A program made the translations under genes and the position numbers. Below, in pieces: positions 1 through 13,867 of a stretch of DNA of 64,000 nt. The DNA comes from Squalus acanthias (lineage: Eukaryota), in NCBI GenBank assembly GCA_030390025.1, contig JASTWF010000033.1:1862001-1926000 (forward strand), in the 5' to 3' direction. The notes beneath the pieces are model-generated. The model did no database searches, had not been told where the DNA came from, and saw nothing but the letters and a program-made list of their open reading frames with translations. Numbering within the stretch: the first letter of the stretch is position 1; each line of letters starts with the position of its first letter.

Positions 1-3000
1 TCAATTCACAGACCCAGACAGCTCCATTCACAGACCCAGACAGCTCCATTCACAGACCCAGATAGCTCCATTCACAGACCCAGACAGATCCATTCACAGA
101 CTCAGACATCAACATTCACCGACATGGAAAGCTGATTACAAAAACACAGACAGCTCATTTCCCAAATTCATTAAGTTCATTTAACTGATCCAGACATTTC
201 CATTCACAGAAAAGATAACTCATTTCACAGACTCAACAGCTCCATTCACAGATTCAGACAGCACCATTCACAGACTCAGACAGCTCCATTCACAGACTCA
301 GCCAGCTCCATTCACAGACTCAGACAGCACCATTCATAGACTCAGACAGCTCTATTCACAGTCACAGAAAACTCCATTCTCAGACCCAAACAGCTCATTT
401 CACAGACAGAGACAGCTCCATTCACAGACCCAGACAGCTCCAATCACAGACCGAGACATCTCCATTCACAGATCCAGACATCACCATGCACAGACCCAGA
501 CAGCACATTTCACAGATCCAGACAGCTCCATTCACAGAATCAGACAGCTCAATTCACAGATTCAGACAGCTCATTTCACACACCCAGACAGCTCCATTCA
601 CAGACACAGGCAGTTCCATTCAAAGGCACAGACAGCTCCATTCACAGAACCAGACAGCTCCATTCACAGACCCAGGCAGCTCCATTCACAGACCCAGACA
701 GCTCCATTCACAGACTCTGACAGCTCCATTCACAGACCCAGACAGCTCATTTCCCAGACCCAGACAGCTCATTCCACAGACCCAGACAGCTCCATTCACA
801 GACTCAGACAGCTCCATTCACAGACCCAGACAGCTCCATTCACAGACCCAGACAGCTCCATTCACAGACCCAGACAGCTCCATTCACAGACTGTGACAGC
901 TCCATTCACAGACCCAGACAGGTCATTTCACACACCCAGACAGCTCATTTCACACACCCAGACAGCTCATTTCACAGACTCAGACAGCTCCATTCACAGA
1001 CCCAGACAGCTACAGTCACAGACCCAGATAGCTCCATTCACAGACCCAGACAGCTCCATTCACAGACCCAGACAGATCCATTGAAAGACTGTGACAGCTC
1101 CATTCACAGACCCAGACAGGTCATTTCACACACCCAGACAGCTCATTTCACACACCCAGACAGCTCATTTCACAGACTCAGACAGCTCCATTCACAGACC
1201 CAGACAGCTACAGTCACAGACCCAGATAGCTCCATTCACAGACCCAGACAGCTCCATTCACAGACCCAGACAGATCCATTGAAAGACTCAGACAGCAACA
1301 TTCACCGACATGGAAAGCTGATTACAAAAACACAGACAGCTCATTTCAAAAATTCATTCAGTTCATTTCACTGACACAGACATTTCCATTCACAGACCCA
1401 GAAAGCTCATTTCACCGAACCAGACAGCTCCATTCACAGACCCAGACAGCTCCATTCACAGACCCAATCACTGACCAAGACAGCTCCTTCCACAGACACA
1501 GACAGTTCCATTCACAGACCCAGGCAGCTCCATTCACAGATGCCGAAAGATCATTTCACAGATACAGACAGCTCCATTCACAGACCCAGACAGATCCATT
1601 CACAGACTCAGACAGATCCATTCACAGACTCAGATAGGTCCATTGACAGACCAGACAGCTCCATTCACTGACCCAGGCAGCTCCATTCACAGACCCAGAC
1701 AGCTCCAGTCACAGACCCAGACAGCTCCAGCCAACACCCAGACAGCTCCAATCACAGACCAAGACATCTCCATTCACAGATCCAGACATCACCATTCACA
1801 GACCAGACAACTCATTTCACAGACTCAGACAGCTCATTTCACAGACCCAGACAGCTGATTTCACAGACCCAGATAGCTACATTCACATACTCGGTAATCT
1901 CATTTCACAGACACAGACAGCTCCATTCACAGACTCAGACAGCACCATTCACAGACTCAGACAGCCGCATTCACAGACTCAGACAGCTCCATTCACAGAC
2001 ACAGACAGCACAATTCACAGACTCAGACAGATCTATTAACAGACCCAGACAACTCCGTTCTCAGACCCAGACAGCTACATTCACAGACCCAGACAGCTCC
2101 AGTCACAGACCCAGACAGCTCCAATCACAGACCGAGACATCTCCATTCACAGATCCAGACATCACCATTCACAGACCAGACAACTCATTTCACAGAGTGA
2201 AACAGCTCCATTCACACACCCAGACAGCACATTTCACAGATCCAGACAGCTCCATTCACAGATTCAGACAGCTCATTTCACAGATTCACACAGCTCATTT
2301 CACAGACGCAGTCAGCTCCATTCACAGACCCAGACAGCTCATTTCACAGATTCAGACAGCTCATTTCCCAGACCTAGACAGCTCATTTCACAGACCCAGA
2401 CAGCTCCATTCACAGACCCAGACAGCTCATTTCACAGATTCAGACAGCTCATTTCACACACCCAGACAGCTCCATTCACAAACACAGGCAGTTCCATTCA
2501 CAGGCCCAGACAGTTCCATTCACAGACCCAGACAGCACCATTCACAGACCCAGACAGCTCCATTCACAGACCCAGACAGCTCCATTCACAGACTCAGACA
2601 GCTCAATTCACAGACCCAGACAGCACCATTCACAGACCCAGACAGCTCCATTCACAGACCCAGGCAGCTCCATTTACAGACTCAGACAGCTCCATTCACA
2701 GACTCAGACAGCTCCATTCACAGACCCAGACAGCTCATTTCACAGATTCAGACAGCTCATTTCACAGACCCATACAGCTCCATTCACAGACTCAGACAGC
2801 TCCATTCACAGACCGAGACAGCTCCATTCACAGACCCAGACAGCTCCTTTCACAGACCCTGACAGCTCCATTCACAGACCCAGACAGATCCATTCACAGA
2901 CTCAGACAGCTACATTCACCGACATGGAAAGCTGATTACAAAAACACAGACAGCTCTTTTCACAAATTCATTAAGTTCATTTCACTGACACAGACATTTC

Positions 3001-6000
3001 CATTCACAGACCCAGAAAGCTCATTTCACCGAACCAGACAGCTCCATTCACAGACCCAGACAGCTCCATTCACAGACGCCGAAAGATCATTTCACAGATC
3101 CAGACAGCTCCATTCACAGACCAGACAGATCCATTCACAGACTCAGAGAGATCCATTCACAGACTCAGACAGATCCATTCACAGACCCAGACAGCTCCAT
3201 TCACTGACCCAGACAGCTCCATTCACAGACCCAGACAGCACCAGTCACAGACCCAGACAGCTCCATTCACCGACCCAGACAGCTCCATTCACAGACCCAG
3301 ACAGCTCCAATCACAGACCGAGAAATCTCCATTCACAGATCCAGACATCACCATTCACAGACCAGACAACTCATTTCACAGACTCAGACAGCTTCAATCA
3401 CAGACCCAGACAACTCCATTCACAGACTCAGACAGCTCCATTCACAGACCCAGACAGCACATTTCAAAGATCCAGACAGCTCCATTCACAGATTAAGATA
3501 GCTCATTTCACAGATTCAGACAGCTCATTTCGCAGACCCAGACAGCTCCATTCACAGACACAGGCAGTTCCATTCACAGGCCCTGACAGCTCCATTCACT
3601 GACACAGACAGCACAATCCACAGACCCAGACAGCTCCATTCAGAGACCCAGACAGCTCAATTCACAGACCCAGACAGCACCATTCACAGACCCAGACAGC
3701 TCCATTCACAGACCCAGACAGCTCCATTTACAGACTCAGACAGCTACATTCACACACCCAGACAGCTCAATTCACAGTCCCAGACAGATCAATTCACAGA
3801 CCGAGACAGCTCCATTTGCAGACTCAGACAACTCCATTCACAGACTCAGACAGCTCCATTCACAGTCTCAGAAAGCTAATTTGACAGACCCAGACAGCTG
3901 CATTCACAGATCCAGACAGCTCCATTCACAGATCCAGACAGATCCATTCACAGACCCAGACTGCTACATTCAGAGAAACAGACAGCTACATTCACAGACA
4001 TGGAAAGCTGATTTCAAAAACACAGACAGCTCATTTCACAAACTCAGAAAGTTCATTTAACAGACCCAGACAGCTCCATTCATGACACAGACAATTCATT
4101 TCACAGACCTGTACAGCCCCAATCGCAGACTCAGTCATCTAAATTCACAAACCCTGGCATCTCCATTCACAGACCCAGACAGCTCCATTCATAGACCCAG
4201 ACAGTTCCATTCCTAGACTCAGACAGCACCATTCACAGACTCAGACAGCTCCATTCACAGACTCAGACAGCACCATTCACAGACTCAGACAGCTCTATTC
4301 ACAGACCCAGACAACTCCGTTCTCAGACCCAAACAGCTCATTTCACAGAACCAGACAGCTCATTTCACAGACCCAGATAGCTACATTCACATACTCGGTA
4401 ACCTCATTTCACAGACACAGACAGCTCCATTCACAGACTCAGACAGCTCCATTCACAGACTCAGACAGCACCATTCACAGACTCAGACAGCTCCATTCAC
4501 AGACTCAGACAGCTCCAGTCACAGAACCAGACAGCTCCAATCACAGACCGAGACATCTCCATTCACAGATCCAGACATCGCCATTCACAGACCAGACAAC
4601 TCATTTCACACACTCAGACAGCTCCATTCACAGACCCAGACAGCACATTTCAAAGATCCAGACAGCTCCATTCACAGATTCAGACAGCTCCATTCACAGA
4701 TTCAGACAGCTCAATTCACAGACCCAGACAGCACCATTCACAGACCCAGACAGCTCCATTCAGAGACCCAGACAGCTCAGTTCATGACCCAAACAGCACC
4801 ATTCACAGACCCAGACAGCTCCATTCACAGACCCAGACAGCTCAATTCACAGACCCAGACAGATCCATTCACAGACCGAGACAGCTCCATTTGGAGACTC
4901 AGACAGCTCCATTCACAGACTCAGACAGCTCCATTCACAGACACAGACAGCTCCATTCACAGTCCCAGAACGCTAATTTTGCAGACCCAGACAGCTGCAT
5001 TCACAGACTCAGACAGCTCCATTCACAGTCTCCGAAACTTAATTTCACAGATCCAGACAGCTCCATTCACAGATCCAGACAGATCCATTCACAGACCCAG
5101 ACTGCTACATTCAGAGAAACAGACAGCAACATTCACAGACATGGAAAGCTGATTTCAAAAACACAGACAGCTCATTTCACAAACTCAGAAAGTTTATTTA
5201 ACAGACCCAGACAGCTCCATTCATGACACAGACAATTCATTTCACAGACCTGCACAGCCCCAATCGCAGACTCAGTCATCTAAATTCACAGGCCCAGGCA
5301 TCTCCATTCACAGACCCAGACAGCTCCATTCATAGACCCAGACAGTTCCATTCACAGACTCAGAATGTTCATTTCACAGAACCAGACAGATCATTTCACA
5401 GACCCAGACAGTTCATTTCACTGACCCAGACAGCTCCATTCACAGACTCTGACAGCTCCATTCACAGATACAGACAGCTCATTTCACCGACCCAGACAGC
5501 TCATTTCACAGACCCTGACAGCTCCATTCAAAGACCCAGCCAGCTCCATTCACAGACTCAGACAGCTCAATTCACAGACCCAGACAGCTCCATTCACAGA
5601 CCCAGACAGCTCCATTCACAGACCCAGACAACTCCATTCACAGACCCAGACAGATCCATTCACAGACTCAGACAGCAACATTCACCGGCATGGAAAGCTG
5701 ATGACAAAAACACAGACAGCTCATTTCACAAATTAATTAAGTTCATTTCACTGACCCAGACATTTCCTTTCACAGACACAGAAAGCTCATTTCACCGACC
5801 CCGACAGCTCCATTCACAGACCCAGACAGCTCCATTCACAGACGCCGAAAGATCGTTTCACAGATCCAGACAGCTCCATTAACAGACCCAGACAGCTCCA
5901 TTCACAGACTCTGACAGCTCCATTCACAGACTCAGACAGATCCATTCACAGACTCAGACAGCTCTATTCACAGACCCAGACAACTCCGTTCTCAGACCCA

Positions 6001-6770
6001 ATCAGCTCATTTCACAGACCCAGACAGCTCATTTCACAGACCAAAACAGCTCATTTCACAGACCCAGATAGCTACATTCACATACTCGGTAACGTTATTT
6101 CACAGACACAGACAGCTGCATTCACAGACTCAGACAGCTCCATTCACAGACTCAGACAGCACCATTCACAGACTCAGACAGCTCCATTCACAGACTCAGA
6201 CAGCTCCATTCACAGACTCAGACAGCACCATTCACAGACTCAGACAGCTCTATTCACAGACCCAGACAACTCCGTTCTCAGACCCAGAAAGCTCCATTCA
6301 CAGACCCAGACAGCTCCAGTCACAGACCCAGACAGCTCCAATCACAGACCGAGATATCTCCATTCACAGATCCAGACATCACCATTCACAGACCAGACAA
6401 CTCATTTCACAGACTCAGACAGCTTCAATCAGAGACCGAGAAAACTCCATTCACAGACTCAGACAGCTCCATTTACATACCCAGACAGCACATTTCAAAG
6501 ATCCAGACAGCTCCATTCACAGAGTCAGACAGCTCATTTCACAGATTCAGACAGCTCATTTCACAAACGCAGACAGGTCCATTCACAGACCCAGACAGCT
6601 CATTTCACAGATTCAGACAGCTCATTTCACACACCCAGACAGCTCCATTCACAGACACAGGCAGTTCCATTCACAGGCCCAGGCAGCTCCATTCACTGAC
6701 CCAGACAGCACATTTCACAAACCCAGACAGCTTATTAACAGACACAGAGAGCTCTGTTCACAGAATCAGA
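1..6770 (+). repeat. 22-bp minisatellite array (consensus CAGACCCAGACAGCTCCATTCA), degenerate, with 21-23-bp variants; runs off the window start
   Basis: Continuous tandem copies; recurring marker variants (catggaaagctgatt..., catactcggtaa); 198-bp exact-looking duplication at 893-1090/1091-1288. Confidence 0.97.
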
Positions 6771-6984
6771 ATGATTGGCTGCAGCCGTTTGTTTAGAGGT
6801 TTCAGAATCTGGGAATCAGAAGTTCAAAGCCTGGAAAAATAGGATTGGACTTCATTGAGATTTAACATCAATCCAAAGCTATTCTGTACACATTCAAAGT
6901 ACAAGTCAGAACATTTCTGAAGTTTCCTGTAAATATACGAATGTGGCATCATTTCACTAAATCCATCTGCTGATCTCTCTCAAT

Positions 6985-8379
6985 TGTGAAAAACAATACA
7001 CACCTGGCAGGATCCCGATACACTGTGAAACCCCATACACAACTGCCAGGATCCTGATTCACAGTGAAACCCCATACACACCTGACAGGACCCTGATACA
7101 CTGTGAAACCCCATACACACCTGACAGGACCCTGATACACCTGGCAGGATCCTGATACACTGTGAAACCCCGTACACACCTGGCAGGATCCTGACAAACT
7201 GTGAAACCCCATACACACCTGGCAGGATCCTGATACACTGTGAAACCCCATACACACCTGGCAGGATCCTGATACACTATGAAACCCCATACACACCTGG
7301 CATTTTCCTGATGCACTGTGAAACCCCACACACACCTGACAGGATCCTGATACACTGTGAAACCCCATACAAACCTGGCAGGATCCTGATACACTGAGAA
7401 ACCCCATACACACCTGGCAGGATCCTGATACACTGTGAAACCCCATACACACCTGGCAGGAACCTGATACACTGTGAAACACCGTACTCACATGGAAGGA
7501 TCCTGATACAATGTGAAACCCCATACACACCTGGCAGGATCCTGATACACTGTGAAACCCCATATACACCAGACAGGATCCTGATGCACTGTGAATCTCC
7601 ATACACACCTGGCAGGTTCCAGATTCACTGTGAAACCCCATACACACCTGGCATGATCCTGATACACTGTGAAACCCCATACACACCTGGCACTGTCCTG
7701 ATACACTGTGAAAACCAAGACACAAATGGCAGGATCCTGAAACACTGAAACCCCATACACACCTGGCAGGATTCTGATACACTGTGAAACCCCATACACA
7801 CCTGGCAGGATCCTGATACACTGTGAAACCCCATACACACCAGGCAGGATCCTGATACACTGTAAAACCACATACACACCTGGCAGGATCCTGATACACT
7901 GTGAAACCCCATAAACACAAGGCAGGATCCTGATACACTGTGAAACCACGTACACACAAGGCAGGATCCTGATACACTGTGAAATCACATACACACCAGG
8001 CAGGATTCTGATACACTGTGAAACCCCATACACACCTGGCAGGATCCTGATACACTGTGAAACCCCATACACACCTGGCAGGATCCTGATACACTGTGAA
8101 ACCCCATATACACCTGGCAGGATCCTGATAGACTGTGAAACCCCAAACACACCAGACTGGATCCTGATGCACTGTGAATCTCCAAACACACCTGGCAGGT
8201 TCCAGATTCAATGTGAAACCCCATACACAACTGGCATGATCCTGATACATTGTGAAACCCCATACACACCAGGCACTATCCTGATACACTGTGAAAACCC
8301 ATACACACCTGGCAGGATCCTGAAACACTGAAATCCCATACACACGTGGCAGGATTCTGATACACTGTGAAAACCCATG
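6985..8379 (+). repeat. 39-bp minisatellite (ACACACCTGGCAGGATCCTGATACACTGTGAAACCCCAT), block 1
   Basis: Tandem 39-bp units with occasional 37-bp variants; each unit has the palindrome CAGGATCCTG (BamHI site). Confidence 0.97.
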
Positions 8380-10331
8380 TCAACCGTGGATAACAGGGGA
8401 AATTAGAGACAGCATAAAATCCAAAGATAGGGCGTATAAAATAGCCAAAAAAAGCGCCAGAGCGGAAGATTGGGAACAGTTTAAGATAGAGCAAAGGAGG
8501 ACAAAGGGCTTAATCAAGAGGGGCAAAATAGCTTACGAAAGCAAGCTGGCGGAAAATATAAAAACTAACTCCAAAAGCTTTTATAAGTATATCAAGAGGA
8601 AAAGACTGGTGAAAACCAAAGTTGGCCCATTGCAGTCAGATACGGGGGAATATATAACGGGAAATAAGGAAATGGCAGACCAACTTAATGCATACTTTGG
8701 GTCAGTCTTTACGAAGGAAGACACAAAAAACCTCCCTGGGATATCGGGAAAAATAGGGACATTTGCAAAGGAGGAACTGACGCAAGTCAATATCTCTAAG
8801 GATATGGTGTTAAGGAAGCTAAAGGGATTGAAGGCGGACAAATCCCCAGGGCCTGATAACATGCATCCTAGGGTGCTGAAGGAGGTGGCCCTAGAGATAG
8901 CGGATGCACTAAGTATGATTTTTCAGAATTCATTAGACTCGGGAACAGTGCCCATGGATTGGAGGGTAGCTAACGTTACCCCACTATTCAAAAAGGGGGG
9001 TAGGGAAAAAGCAGGTAATTACAGACCTGTAAGCCTTACATCAGTTGTGGGCAAAATGCTGGAGTCCATCATTAAGGATGAAATAGCGGAGCACTTAGCA
9101 AATGGGGACAGGATAGGACAGAGTCAACATGGATTTACAAAGGGTAAATCGTGCTTGACTAATCTATTGGAATTTTTTGAGGGAGTAACTGGTAAAATAG
9201 ATGGGGGAGAGCCAGTAGATGTGGTGTACCTGGACTTCCAAAAGGCCTTCGATAAGGTCCCACATAAAAGATTAGCAGGGAAAATTGAAGCTCATGGGAT
9301 AAAGGGGAAAGTATTGACGTGGATAGAGAACTGGCTGTCAGATAGAAAACAGAGAGTTGGAATAAACGGCTCATTTTCTGAATGGCAGGCAGTAACAAGT
9401 GGGGTACCACAGGGATCTGTCCTGGGTCCCCAGCTGTTCACAATTTACATTAATGACCTGGATCAGGGAGTCGGATGCAGCATTTCCAAATTTGCAGACG
9501 ACACTAAACTAGGAGGGGGGGGTGGGCTCAGAGGAGGAGACCAGGAAGCTCCAGAGCGATTTGGACAGACTGGGTGATTGGGCGGATAAATGGCAGATGC
9601 ACTATAATGTGGACAAGTGCGAAGTTATCCACCTTGGGTGCAGGAACGGGAGGGCAAATTATTATTTAAATGGCAATAAATTGGGAGAGGGGGAAGTACA
9701 GAGAGACCTGGGTGTTCTTGTACACCAGTCACTGAAGGCGAGCATGCAGGTGCAACAGGCGATCAAGAAGGCAAACGGTATGCTGGCCTTCATAGCAAAA
9801 GGGTTGGAATACAGGAACAGGGATACCTTGCTGCAGCTGTACAGGGCACTGGTGAGACCATACCTCGAGTACTGTGTACAGTTTTGGTCGCCTCATCTGA
9901 GGAAAGATGTTCTTGCCATGGAGGGGGTGCAGCGGCGATTCACCAGGCTGATACCAGGAATGGCGGGATTGACCTATGAGGAGAGACTATGTAGTTTAGG
10001 GATGTACACACTGGAGTTTAGAAGATTGAGAGGGGACCTCATAGAAGTGTATAAAATTCTGACAGGTCTAGACAGACTAGATGCAGAAGGAATGTTTCCC
10101 TTGGCGGGTGAGAACAGAACTAGAGGACATAATTTAAGGATAAGGGCTAAACCATTTAGGACAGAAATGAGGGGGAATTTCTTCACTCAGAGGGTGGTGA
10201 ACCTGTGGAACTCATTGCCACAGAGGGCAGTGTACGCCAGCTCATTAAATATATTTAAGAGGGAATTAGATGTATTTCTACAGGCAAAAGGGGTTAAGGG
10301 TTACGGAGAGAAGGCGGGGACGGGATACTGA
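8380..10331 (+). pseudogene. Partial CR1 ORF2 (RT) with +1 frameshift
   Basis: ORFs 8609-9577 and 9522-10331 join across a G8 run at 9515-9522 that is G7 in the other A copies. Confidence 0.9.
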
Positions 10332-10432
10332 ATTGGAGGATCAGCCATGATCTCATTAAATGGCGGAGCAGGCTCGAAGGGCCGGATGGCCTACTCCTGC
10401 TCCTATCTTCTATGTATCTATGTATCTATGTA
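8380..10432 (+). mobile_element. CR1 LINE, subfamily A, 5'-truncated copy A1
   Basis: RT motifs [34 protein letters not shown]; 3' stem-loop and (TATGTATC)n tail; nearly identical to the copy at 35735. Confidence 0.96.
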
Positions 10433-12100
10433 CACCTGGCAGGATTCTGATACAGTGTGAAACCCCATACACACCTGGCAGGATTCTGATACACTGAAAC
10501 CCCATACACACCTGGCAGGATCCTGATATACTGTGAAACCCCATACACACCTGGCAGGATCCTGATACACTGTGAAACCCGATACACACCTGGCAGGATC
10601 CTGATACACTGTGAAACCCCATACACACCTGGCAGGATCCTGATACATTGTGAAAAACCATTCACACCTGGCAGGTTCCTGATGCAGTCTGTATCTCCAT
10701 ACACACCTGGCAGGTTCCTGATTCACTGTGAAACCCCATTCACACCTGGCATGATCCTGATACACTGTGAAACCCCATACACACCTGGCACTATCCTGAT
10801 AACCTGTGAAACCCCAAACACACCTGGCAGGATCCTGAAACACTGAAACCCCATTCACACCTGGCAGGATCCTGATGCACTGTGAATCTCCATACACACC
10901 TGGCCGGTTCCTGATTCACTGTGAAACCCCATACACATCTGGCATGATCCTGATACGCTGTGAAAACCCATACAATACTGGCAGGACCCTGATACACTGT
11001 GAAACCCCATACACACCTGGCAGGATTCTGATACACTGTGAAACCCCATACTCACCTGGCAGTATCCTGATACACTGTGAAACCCCATACACACCTGGCA
11101 GGATCCTGATACACTGTGAAACCCCATACACACCTGGCAGGATCCTGATACACTGTGAAACCCCATACACACCTGGCAGGATCCTGATACACTGTGAAAC
11201 CCCATACACACCTGGCAGGATCCTGATACATTGTGAAAAACCATTCACACCTGGCAGGATCCTGATGCAGTCTGTATCTCCATACACACCTGGCAGGTTC
11301 CTGATTCACTGTGAAACCCCATTCACACCTGGCATGATCCTGATACACTGTGAAACCCCATACACACCTGGCACTATCCTGATACACTGTGAAACCCCAT
11401 ACACACCTGGCAGGATCCTGAAACACTGAAACCCCATTCACACCTGGCAGGATCCTGATGCACTGTGAATCTCCATACACACCTGGCAGGTTCCTGATTC
11501 ACTGTGAAACCCCATACACACCTGGCATGATCATGATACACTGTGAAACCCCATACACACCTGGCACTATCCTGATACACTGTGAAACCCCATTCACACC
11601 TGGCAGGATCCTGATGGACTGTGAATCTCCATACATACCTGGCAGGTTCCTGATTCACTGTGAAAACCCATACAAACCTGGCAGGATCCTGAAACACTGA
11701 AACCCCAAACACACCTGGCAGGATTCTGATACACTGTGAAACCGCATACAAACCTGGCAGGATCCTGATACACTGTGAAAACCCATACACACCTGGCAGG
11801 ATTCTGATACACTGTGAAACCCCATAAACACCTGGCAGGATCCTGAAACATTGAAACCCCATACACACCTGGCACGATCCTGATACGCTGTGAAAACCCA
11901 TACAATACTGGCAGGACCCTGATACACTGTGAAACCCCATACACACCTGACAGGATTCTGATACACTGTGAAACCCCATACTCACCTGGCAGTATCCTGA
12001 TACACTGTGAAACCCCATACACACCTGGCAGGATCCTGATACACTGTGAAACCCCATACACACCTGGCAGGATCCTGATACACTCTGAAACCCCATACAC
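10433..12100 (+). repeat. 39-bp minisatellite, block 2
   Basis: Same unit; internal duplication with ~583-bp offset (identical ORF starts at 10704/11287 and 10897/11480). Confidence 0.96.
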
Positions 12101-12260
12101 CGGGGAATAAAGTTACATTTAATTGTTAATTTATACATTATACCCTTTGCACCAGAGATTAAAGTTACAGTTAATTGTTGAATTGACATGATGACCTCTA
12201 CACTGTGGATTAAAGTTACAGTTAATTGTTAAACTGTTATGATACCCTCTACACTTGGGT
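12101..12260. repeat. Three copies of an unrelated ~51-bp AT-rich unit (TAAAGTTACAGTTAATTGTT...)
   Basis: taaagttaca(t/g)ttaattgtt recurs three times at ~51-bp spacing. Confidence 0.8.
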
Positions 12261-13867
12261 ATACATAGATACATAGATACATAGAAGATAGGAGCAGGAG
12301 TAGGCCATTCCGTCCCTTCGAGCCTGCTCCGCCATTTAATGAGATCATGGCTGATCCTCCAATTCAGTATCCCGTCCCCGCCTTCTCTCCGTAACCCTTA
12401 ACCCCTTTTGCCTGTAGAAATATATCTAATTCCCTCTTAAATATATTTAATGAGCTGGGGTACACTGCCCTCTGTGGCAATGAGTTCCACAGGTTCACTA
12501 CCCTCTGAGTGAAGAAATTCCCCCTCATTTCTGTCCTAAATGGTTTAGCCCTTATCCTTAAATTATGTCCTCTAGTTCTGTTCTCACCCACCAAGGGAAA
12601 CATTCCTTCTGCATCTAGTCTGTCTAGACCTGTCAGAATTTTATACACTTCTATGAGGTCCCCTCTCAATCTTCTAAACTCCAGTGTGTACATCCCTAAA
12701 CTACATAGTCTCTCCTCATAGGTCAATCCCGCCATTCCTGGTATCAGCCTGGTGAATCGCCGCTGCACCCCCTCCATGGCAAGAACATCTTTCCTCAGAT
12801 GAGGCGACCAAAACTGTACACAGTACTCGAGGTGTGGTCTCACCAGTGCCCTGTACAGCTGCAGCAAGGTATCCCTGTTCCTGTATTCCAACCCTTTTGC
12901 TATGAAGGCCAGCATACCGTTTGCCTTCTTGACCGCCTGTTGCACCTGCATGCTCGCCTTCAGTGACTGGTGTACAAGAACACCCAGGTCTCTCTGTACT
13001 TCCCCCTCTCCCAATTTATTGCCATTTAAATAATAATTTGCCCTCCCGTTCCTGCACCCAAGGTGGATAACTTCGCACTTGTCCACATTATAGTGCATCT
13101 GCCATTTATCCGCCCAATCACCCAGTCTGTCCAAATCGCTCTGGAGCTTCCTGGTCTCCTCCTCTGAGCCCACCCCCCCTCCTAGTTTAGTGTCGTCTGC
13201 AAATTTGGAAATGCTGCATCCGACTCCCTGATCCAGGTCATTAATGTAAATTGTGAACAGCTGGGGACCCAGGACAGATCCCTGTGGTACCCCACTTGTT
13301 ACTGCCTGCCATTCAGAAAATGAGCCGTTTATTCCAACTCTCTGTTTTCTATCTGACAGCTAGTTCTCTATCCACGTCAATACTTTCCCCTTTATCCCAT
13401 GAGCTTCAATTTTCCATGCTAATCTTTTATGTGGGACCTTATCGAAGGCCTTTTGGAAGTCCAGGTACACCACATCTACTGGCTCTCCCCCATCTATTTT
13501 ACCAGTTACTCCCTCAAAAAATTCCAATAGATTAGTCAAGCACGATTTACCCTTTGTAAATCCATGTTGACTCTGTCCTATCCTGTCCCCATTTGCTAAG
13601 TGCTCCGCTATTTCATCCTTAATGATGGACTCCAGCATTTTGCCCACAACTGATGTAAGGCTTACAGGTCTGTAAATACCTGCTTTTTCCCTACCCCCCT
13701 TTTTGAATAGTGGGGTAACGTTAGCTACCCTCCAATCCATGGGCACTGTTCCCGAGTCTAATGAATTCTGAAAAATCATACTTAGTGCATCCGCTATCTC
13801 TAGGGCCACCTCCTTCAGTACCCTAGGATGCATGTTATCAGGCCCTGGGGATTTGTCCGCCTTCAAT
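12261..13867 (-). mobile_element. CR1 LINE, subfamily A, 5'-truncated copy A2
   Basis: Reverse complement of A1; tail reads (GATACATA)n on +; premature TAG (W to stop) near 13360. Confidence 0.96.

Noticed and set aside
486..5882. QTQTAPFTDPDSSIHRPRQLHS-repeat ORFs, also at 54-62 kb
   Set aside because: Translation of the 22-bp repeat; frequent indels and no unique domain.
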